From Bugula neritina (lineage: Eukaryota; Animalia; Bryozoa), in assembly GCA_964035545.1 (NCBI GenBank), contig CAXIUT010000037.1:1-63767 (forward strand): 63,767 nt of DNA, in the 5' to 3' direction. The position numbers were made by a program, and so were the translations under genes. This document shows, piece by piece, positions 55,382 to 63,767 of this stretch. The stretch's first letter is position 1. Each line of letters begins with the position of its first letter. Under the pieces are notes generated by a model. The model did no database searches and was not told the DNA's origin. It saw only the letters and a list, made by a program, of their open reading frames with translations.

Positions 55382-58300
55382 ATGTCAAAATACAAAAAGC
55401 CAGTCGAGCTATCAATTCCTGACAGTTATGAATTAGGTTTCTGTCCTGTCAATCGTCGTTCAGAGTATCCTTTCACCATTTTTAACCCTAATGCTCGTCC
55501 TCTTACATATCTCTTCAAATTCACATAATTCGCAGTCAGTCCATCCAAAGGAGTTCTTCTACCTAACACTTACAGTCAGTTTAAAATAGATTTTGCACCC
55601 AAGTAAGCTTCAGTTACAGTTGGAACAGTCATTCTTGAAGTCGAAGGCGAAGAACAGAGAATAATAAAGTTGAGTGCAGTTGGAAAATATCCCTATATTA
55701 GTACAAACATGTCATAGATTGATTTTGGAAACGTGTTGGTAACTAAGTCAGTGAGTCGAGAGTTGTTAGTTCGAAATAATTCTGAAGTACCAGCATAATT
55801 CAGAATATAAAACCAGGGAGGTGATGGGTAATACGATGAACAGTTGTTTGGATTTCATCCTGATGTAGGTATTATTCCTCCTAAAATGACATTTTCTGTA
55901 AAAGTAAGCTATACTCCTATATTTGCTGATATTAAGACAGCTGCATCGTTCAAAATAATATGTGAAAGTGGAAATTAAATACCTATTGGATTGAAAAGTT
56001 ATAGTCATAGGTTTAATGTGTCTTTCAATACTAACTCAATCAATTTTGGATAAATCAAATTGGATAATACTTGTACTAAAGTTTTAACTATTACTAATAA
56101 TTCAGAAATGAATACTTAGTTTTAATTTTTTACAGATGCAGGAAATATCTTTTTGTTCAATTAAACTAAAGGCACTCTGGCAAAAAATACATACACTAAA
56201 ATTATTATCTAATTTAGACCCAGAAACACAGTTACTTATTATGAAAGAATATATTGCTTGATAAGAAATCATCTCTTGTGCTATGTAGATCTTTTAGGAA
56301 CTTGTTATGATCTCTTGATAAGACCTTTGCCTCTTGTGCAGCAGCATGTTGATACCTTCAGAAAGAGAGTTATTGAAGGTAGAATTTCAGCTATTGAACT
56401 CAAGTATATTGAAAATAATCTGCTTCTTAAACTAGCGAAGAGAAATAGTGAAGATACTGAGGAAAATTTTTATCAAACTAATTTACAAATCAGAGAACAT
56501 CCATATGTCCTTCAGAAATAACTATTTCTTGAAGGATATAACAATCAACTTGTGTCAGTTAATCACGACCTCTTAGATTTTGGATATGCTTAGATACTGA
56601 CCATGTCTGGACAGAAATAAATAGAAGTAGTTAACAAGATGCAGTGTAAACTAAATATCACTTGGATAACTCAGAAAAGATAAAACCTGAATGGTTAATA
56701 TATGACAGTATTTCAAGTTTTTCCTGAAAATGCAGTTCTAAAACCTAATATACCAGTTAGATTTAACGTTTCATATCGACCTCTCAAAGGAAATAATTAC
56801 TATTTCCAACATTTACAATTCTTTGCCAGTAAACAGGCAAGTAAAATATCAAAAAAAACACTTTAATAATTTTAATATAGATAACTTAAGGCAAAACCTG
56901 AAAGTACTCTTCTCAGAAATGTTAAATTGAACCAGACTGTACAATCTAAAGTTAAATAAGATGTTGAATCAATAGAAGTACTACCTCCAATTAGTGGAAT
57001 TGTGAGATGTGTGGGTCATTCATTTGGTCCTAGTTCTCTGCCATTTATTCCTATTCTTAAAATACTACCTCCAAAGGTGATATTCAAACCTTGTCTTAGG
57101 GGAAATTCAGTTTATGATAGTATTGAACTGATCAATCAATCTGACACTCCTGTTTTCTTCAAAATAGGAGGAGATTCTCAGAGAGTATTCAGAGCTTATC
57201 CAAGAATGGGTTTGATATAAGCCAAGGGATTTTCTATAGTTGGACTCTAGTTTAGTCCAAAGTAGTATAAAAACTATAAATCATCAATGTCGATATCTTT
57301 AAACGATCTTCCAGGTGCGAATTCTAAGATAGTATTGAATGGAATTTGTACTTAGCCTGATTTGAAATTTGAAAATAATGGCAGAATATTTTTTGCTCCA
57401 ACTTTTACAGGAGTTTGTACTAAAAAGAAATTTATAATTGAAAATTTATCAAAAACTAAAGTAACTTATCGGATTAAAGTGCCCTAAAAATATGAAGAAT
57501 AACTAAGCTTTTAACCTAAATAAAAATAACTTTAAGCTAATGAAACTTATACCATGAATGTTTTCTTTGCTCCAAATCAAAAAAGACACTACAAAATTAA
57601 TGTTCCTGTTGAGGCTATTTAAGACTGCATCTCTCATAATTTATAATTAGGTTATCACAATCCTGGATCAGCTATTCATGAATAATCTATGGCCTAACAA
57701 AAATGTAAAGAGTTTAATTTAGAGGTGAATGGATAAGGTTCAGATGGAAGTATTCAGATATCTCATGAATAAATTGACTTTAAAACAGTTAAAATAGGCT
57801 AGCAAAAAAAAATAACTGTAAAACTTAAAAATGAATCAAGTTGTGCCTTTTTTATTGATCTTCAATTCAAAAATAACTGTTTTGATGATGGATATAAAAT
57901 ACCTACTTAAGCTCAGATCATAAATGCTTTTAACACTGATTTCAAAGAAGGAATTTTGCCTGTTAATTCTTAAATATAAGTTGGTATATTTTTCAATCCT
58001 CAAGAAGTGCAAATTTATGATTTAAAATTAATAGCAACAGCTAGATAAAAAATACCTACTCATACAGGTATCAAAGGTCGAGGATAGAGTTCACAAAAAT
58101 GTAATGTTCGAATAAAAGCTGAAGGAAACTATCCTTTAATGGAAATAATTGATATTAGAAATGATACTTTGAGTGTTGCTGCTTTATGGTAGAATTTCCA
58201 GATAGCTAAGATTAATAGTTAGATGGGATGTCAACTTGATATGAATGAAAAAAAATATTTAGCTGTAGAAACACTAACATTTACATAAGCTAAATAATTA

Positions 58301-59966
58301 GAAAATAATCTTAAACATTATGATTGGAACCTAGGATATGTTTCAACTAAAAATAAAGCTAGACCAAGAAAAGTACTAATTACAGTTAAAAATGTAGGAG
58401 GGACACCTCTTGATTATGTATTTAAATTCCCTTCAGATAATAAAGTTTAATAAGAACTATGGGCCGATCCTGGAGAACCAACTTAAGAATAAGCATATTA
58501 AAAGGCAATTCTTGAACATAATATCTTCCAAATCAAATCTAAAAGAGGAAGACTTGAAGCTGGCTAAATAAAAGATATAGAACTGATATATAGTCCTGTT
58601 CCTCTTTAAACAATGAAGTCAAGTGGTCATAGCTAAGTTCATTTCTTGCAGGTAGTTTTTCAAATAGCTGGAGGAAAATCTTTGGTATTTACTCTTAAAG
58701 GAACAACTTTGGGTCCAAATGAAGGTTTACTTACAGTTAAAAAAACTCATTATCATCTTCCAGGTACTCCAATTGGCTTAATGACTCCTTTGAGATTTCC
58801 AATTGAGATGAACAATGTTGGTTCAATCAAGGTAAACTATAAAACTGAAGTCAAGTATGAATAAGGATAATTTTAAGATGTTTTTAAAATATAAAATCCT
58901 AATTATTTCTTGCTTGCTGGTGAGAATCACTATCTTTATTGTCTTTACAAACCTTTAATAGCTAAAATTTATAATTTTACTGTGCTTTTGCATGTATTTG
59001 ACTTCAACAAGGAGATACAAGTTATCTAACTACACTTACAAGGAAGAGGATTTCCTCAAAGCAAAGCTATTAAGTAACTTTCAGATCGACCTATTCTAGG
59101 TCAGAGAAGCACTGTGAGTTAAATTGGTTCTAAGGTCTTTTTCTCTATTGAAGATATTGACTTCCAGGATATGTGCCCTGAGTAAACCAAATATCGACTT
59201 GTCATTCTTTATAATATGTCTAAAGAACATTCTCTAACTTTTGACTTCCCAACTCAATCTTCAATGGCTGCAAACAAGCAAGGTCTGACCTGTGGAGATA
59301 AATTTCTTATTTAACCTTTCCAAGGTAATCTTTAACCTGGTAAATTTGTTGAGTTAAAGATCACCTTATCAGCTGGCATATCTCCAAGTTTCTATGAAGG
59401 ATAAATTCCTTGCCATATTACTTGGTCGAGCAATAAGTACTCGATTGAGGATAATGATCGAACACAAAAGGATGTATTGATGGTTGCCCAAAAGTAATCA
59501 TTATTTTTGAGGATCAGAAAGGCTCCAAATTTAGCCGTAATATGAATTTTATTTAGGTAAAGAAAAGTCTGAGTACTATGCCTGTATTATCTGACCCAAA
59601 AAAATCTTTATTCGACCATATTTTCTAAAGTATATTTAGCAGTGCTCTTAATGATTAATAGATCAATGATTACGTAAAAAAGTTATAGAATGAATAATGT
59701 CCAATAGCTGACATGATGAATGATGAGTTGCCGATTGGAATAGGATCATAAGTATTTTTCAATTTATATAGGCTGAAAATAGATAGGTTGTTGAGGTGAA
59801 GAGAGATTATTCTAACTTTTAGTGGATGATGTTAAACGATTAGTTTTTGGATATTACTGAAATAGTGATGTAAAATACCTTTTTCAATATTATTCAGGAA
59901 ACAACTCATCAAGAAAATGATTTCCTTCGGGTGGGAAAGAAGTTCATTCAGGCAAACAAATTATGA
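55382..59966 (+). CDS. CFAP65: CFAP65/CCDC108-like cilia central-pair protein (ASH/MSP Ig-like repeats)
   Basis: LGFCPV, SAVGKYPYI, YYERIYCLIRNH...VDLLGTC, EQELWADPGEP; 20-nt introns 59537-59556 and 59752-59771; 1515 codons. Confidence 0.85.
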
Positions 59967-60005
59967 TATATAAGATTTTATAATCTATATTTATAGTCAT
60001 CAATC

Positions 60006-60590
60006 ATGCCGCCTAAAAAGAAAGTATAAGCTCCTCCTCCACCTCAGCCACCTCCTCCAGAAAAAGTAGCTAACACTATCCTTAAAATAATTACATCTGA
60101 AGGAAAAGAGTTCAAAGTAAGTTAGTAGTTATTTACTAAATATTCTCAAAAAGGAAAAGATCTTGTTTAGCATGCGAAAGACAACATTATTAAGTTAGAG
60201 GAAATCGATGGGCAAAGCTTTTAAATAGTAGTAAATTACTTTTAGATGCATAAAGAAAAATAACCAATGAAAATAGTAGTGCCTATCCGAAGTAATCAGA
60301 GTTTAAAACATATAATGTAAGAAAATGATGCTTAGCTAGTTTAAAAAATTAGTAGTAATGGTGATCATGCCATATTGAAAATGATGGATACCTGTCTAAC
60401 TTTATAAATATAGTCTTTGAGGAAAAGATTGGCATGTGCTGTGGCTTTGAAGTTGATGAGATCAACTATTGAAGATCTGAAAGAAGAGTATAATTTGGGA
60501 TAATATGGTTTTGATGAGGAAAGTATGCGCAATTCAATGAAACCTTTGATATAAGAGTTGAGAAAAAATAATATGGAAGAATAGATATGA
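60006..60590 (+). CDS. Divergent SKP1-family protein with Pro-rich N-terminus
   Basis: LKIITSEGKEFKV, IDGQSFEIVVNYFEMH, LEIESLRKRLACAVA...EDLKEEYNL. Confidence 0.82.
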
Positions 60591-61204
60591 TCAGTTTATT
60601 TCTTAAAATTATGTTTATTGGGATTGGACCTAAGGAGTAACTCCATTTACAGAACTAGAGTCTCCAGGCGTTCCGGTATTAACGTTCCATCCCAAATAGT
60701 AATTTAGTCCGAAAAGAACAGCCCAAATTATTGCTAAAATTGCCAATACCCAAGCGAGACATTTTTCCATTTTTTTAATACCACCCAAGCCTATTTCTTC
60801 ATCTGAATAAATCAGAAGAAGAGATTGATTTTTACCAAGTTTATTGTAAACTTCTTGGATCGTGGGACCAGGTTTTAGTCGAACATACTTTGTTTTTTAT
60901 TTGACTTAGTGTAAACAAAAGAAGACAAGTCCTTTTGTTTGTATTTGTTCATAAAGCCTAAACATAGCCTGTTCTATTTTAAGTTATCTTTTGAATAGCA
61001 TGCTAAATATAGAAGACAATACAACGGGTTTGTTGGTTCTTTTAAAGATTTTGATGCTTCTTTATGTTTTGCAAAGTAAACAGGAATACAGTCAGGATGT
61101 TTTTGTTTTAAAAAACGCATGTGTTGTCTTTAATTCTCGATATTTTGTCTTTAATTTTATTCATTTAGTTTTTATGTTTATTATTTATTTGTTTCTTTCT
61201 CCAT
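60591..61204 (-). CDS. ATG8-like ubiquitin-fold protein with C-terminal transmembrane extension
   Basis: KQKHPDCIPVY, MLFKRELKIEQ, LVFF, TIQEVY, LLLIYSDEEIGLGG, then a TM segment; 20-nt intron 61003-61022; 197 aa. Confidence 0.75.
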
Positions 61205-61262
61205 CAATTATTTTTTGATTTATATATATTTAAATTAAATGAGGAATTTGATAATATTACTA

Positions 61263-62905
61263 TCAATCATTCTTTGGATTTTTATCATTATGACTTTTAG
61301 CTAAAATTGAACGATTAAGTGAAGATTCTACTCTTCTGCTTTTTCCTCTGACAAAAACATCTTTTTTCCTGAGTTCTAATCCTAAACTTACAATATATTC
61401 TCGATTTTATCCTCCAATCTTTCTACTTTAAATGATTCCCATCAAAGCTATTGGTTTTTCATGAGTAGCAATATCAAAACTATGTTTTTTACACTTAGGT
61501 ATACTTCTTGAGCTGCCAATTTCCATAAGATAATCTTTGGATGTAACTATTTTGATGAATTCAATTCCTTTGCCACAAAATAAGTCCATTGATGTGATAT
61601 ATTCGTATTATCCGAAGGTATGATCGACAGTTTGAATATTAGAAAATTGAGTAGGAATTGAAAATGTTTAAATAGTCTTTGTTTATTGTTTTAATTCTTT
61701 TATTATTTCATTCTCATATATTTCATAGTCAGTAGTCATCGAAAGGACATGTTAATCACTATAAGTAAATACTAATCTTTTAATTTTATAGTTTTTTTCA
61801 ACCGGTAATTTAGCACTATCATCGAATTATCGATATATTCCTTGTCCTCTACTCAGTCCACGGAATTACTTTCTGGTTTAAAAAAGACTTCCAGAAGAAT
61901 GCATCACTTCTTAAGCATATCTAGCTGTTTTTATAGGTTAAAGAGTGTTGAAATTTTTCCTTTATTTTTATTTAAGTCTGAAAAGCATAATATTACCTTC
62001 TTTTTCTTTTCTAGTTATTATTTATTTTGTTTATGCTAGTTCTCTCTAAGTAGTTTTTAATTTAAAGCTAAGATTGTCTATTTAGTGCTTATTACTTTTA
62101 TCATTCATTTTTTTAGCAGTTTATAAACTTTTAAACTTCTATTTTAGTTTTTATAGTTATTAGTTGATTACTGAATCATTATTATTTTTTTCTTTTGACT
62201 TTTCAAGAGGTTTAGTAGATATTTTATTTTCAAGACTAAGGATGTGTTCTCTTAAAGACTTGATATTTTTTTCTAGTTAATCTTATTTCTTTTTTTGTTC
62301 TTGTATTTTCTTTTTCATATGAACTATTTCTTAATTTTGCTGCATTATTTTTTGCGTGAGCTATTCTTCTTTTTTATAGCTATCTGCATTTTTTTATTGT
62401 TTATCTAGTTTTTAAAAAAGTTTGATTTGAGCTTTAAGATCTTCATTTATTCTTTCTTTTTCTTTGATTTCATTTTTAAAACCGTCAATTTTATCCCCAT
62501 CAAGATATTTATATTTATATCTAAGTTGTTCAATCTCTTTTCTTAGAATACCATTTTTCTTTATTTCATTTTATAACTATTTTTTAGTTAAATCAACTCG
62601 ATTATCAGCTCCTTTATGCTATTCTTATTTTGGTTTATGTTGCACTTTTTTGAGAACTGAGTTAAGCTGCTCATTTAGCTGCTTAAAATCACTTTTAAGA
62701 GTTTAATTTTGCTTTTTCTGGCGCTGTATAAGTTTCAACCTTATTAAATCATCTGGTACATTTCAGAGATTCGATTCTGGTATTTTTTAATAATTCGACG
62801 CGTGCCTTCTTTCGATTCCATCTCAGACTCTACAACCACAATCTAGGAGCGTAGTGATTCGTAAGATGCCTGAATCTCCTTATCATTTGTATTTCCTTCT
62901 TACAT
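61263..62905 (-). CDS. Coiled-coil protein with C-terminal jacalin-like beta-prism domain
   Basis: Long K/E coiled coil, then FDD...EYITSM...IEFIKIVTSK...IALMG...IVSLGL; 20-nt intron 62740-62759. Confidence 0.65.
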
Positions 62906-63126
62906 CAATATAAATAATAAAACATATCAAATCATAACTCATTAAAAATAGAGAAAAAATGACACTATTAAAAATCATGGGCAAAAAGAGAAAAAAGAAT
63001 AATATCGATCATAACCTCTCTTTAGATATCAGAATATCTAAATAAATAAATTATTGAAATAGCTTAATTAATATAATCTATATTATATGGTATTCTTTAT
63101 TTTGATTCAAACTATTGATTCATAAA

Positions 63127-63702
63127 TCATCTTAACATATGTTAGTTGACCTCTTTTTGGTCCAAGATGGAGTTTTAGAATTCTTTATAAGATTAAAGCT
63201 AATCTGTTTGCTCATGAAAGGCTATCATAAGCTACCTGATTGATTCTGAATGCATGAAATATTTTGATTCTACAAGTAAATCGGCATTCCACATTAACTT
63301 TCTTATATCATCCATCTACTCAGGGAATTGTATTAGATAAAATATCATCATTTCAAGGAAAAAATTCATAGCATATTGATTGCTGAAGTAAACTTCAATT
63401 ATTTCTTTCTTTTTACTTGCAGATAACTAGGTTTTTCCAAACCATCTAAGAAATCTTGAATTTGCTCCTATTGAGTTTGTTTAGATAAAGCAGAAGAAAG
63501 TTGAAGCTTTCTGAAGAATATTTTTGTAGAGATTGAGGATAAAACTAAATTTTATATTCTCAGCTATTTCTGCCTCAAGGAAGCTATCAACAGTGATTTT
63601 AAAGATATTTGCAAGTTAACAGTGTTCAGTATTCTTATAGATTATACTAAGAAGGTTTTCAAAGATTATTTCATAATCTTCACTTAATAGCATATGGAAA
63701 CA
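63127..63702 (-). CDS. Hypothetical protein, probably 5'-truncated by the right telomere
   Basis: Frame is open from the telomere junction (first ATG at 63693) to TGA at 63127. Confidence 0.6.
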
Positions 63703-63767
63703 TTGGGGTTGGGGTTGGGGTTGGGGTTGGGGTTGGGGTTGGGGTTGGGGTTGGGGTTGGGGTTGGG
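63703..63767 (+). repeat. Right telomere (TTGGGG)n
   Basis: Perfect T2G4 array to the window end. Confidence 0.98.

Overview
A telomere-to-telomere ciliate macronuclear chromosome of 63.8 kb, with (CCCCAA)n at the left end and (TTGGGG)n at the right. The supplied ORF track is misleading because TAA and TAG are sense codons here. At invariant motif positions they align to Glu (translation table 30, known from peritrich ciliates), and TGA is the only stop. Re-read this way, the window is almost fully coding: about 43 protein genes and one tRNA-Asp, mostly separated by tens of nt. Main observations: (1) 27 frame-supported spliceosomal introns are all exactly 20 nt, 26 of them with an A six nt from the 3' end. 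(2) An ATG8-like protein carries a transmembrane tail after its conserved Gly. (3) Three internal telomere tracts are present, two inside reading frames, one of them in a bacterial-style UvrD/PcrA helicase gene. (4) A tandem trio of RING-plus-CaaX genes. (5) A secreted Asn/Gly beta-solenoid resembling grass ice-binding proteins. (6) A catalytically degenerate cyclophilin H-like gene. All translations and family calls were done by eye, without database searches. Some regions (DOP1, the helicase) contain indels that may be sequencing errors.
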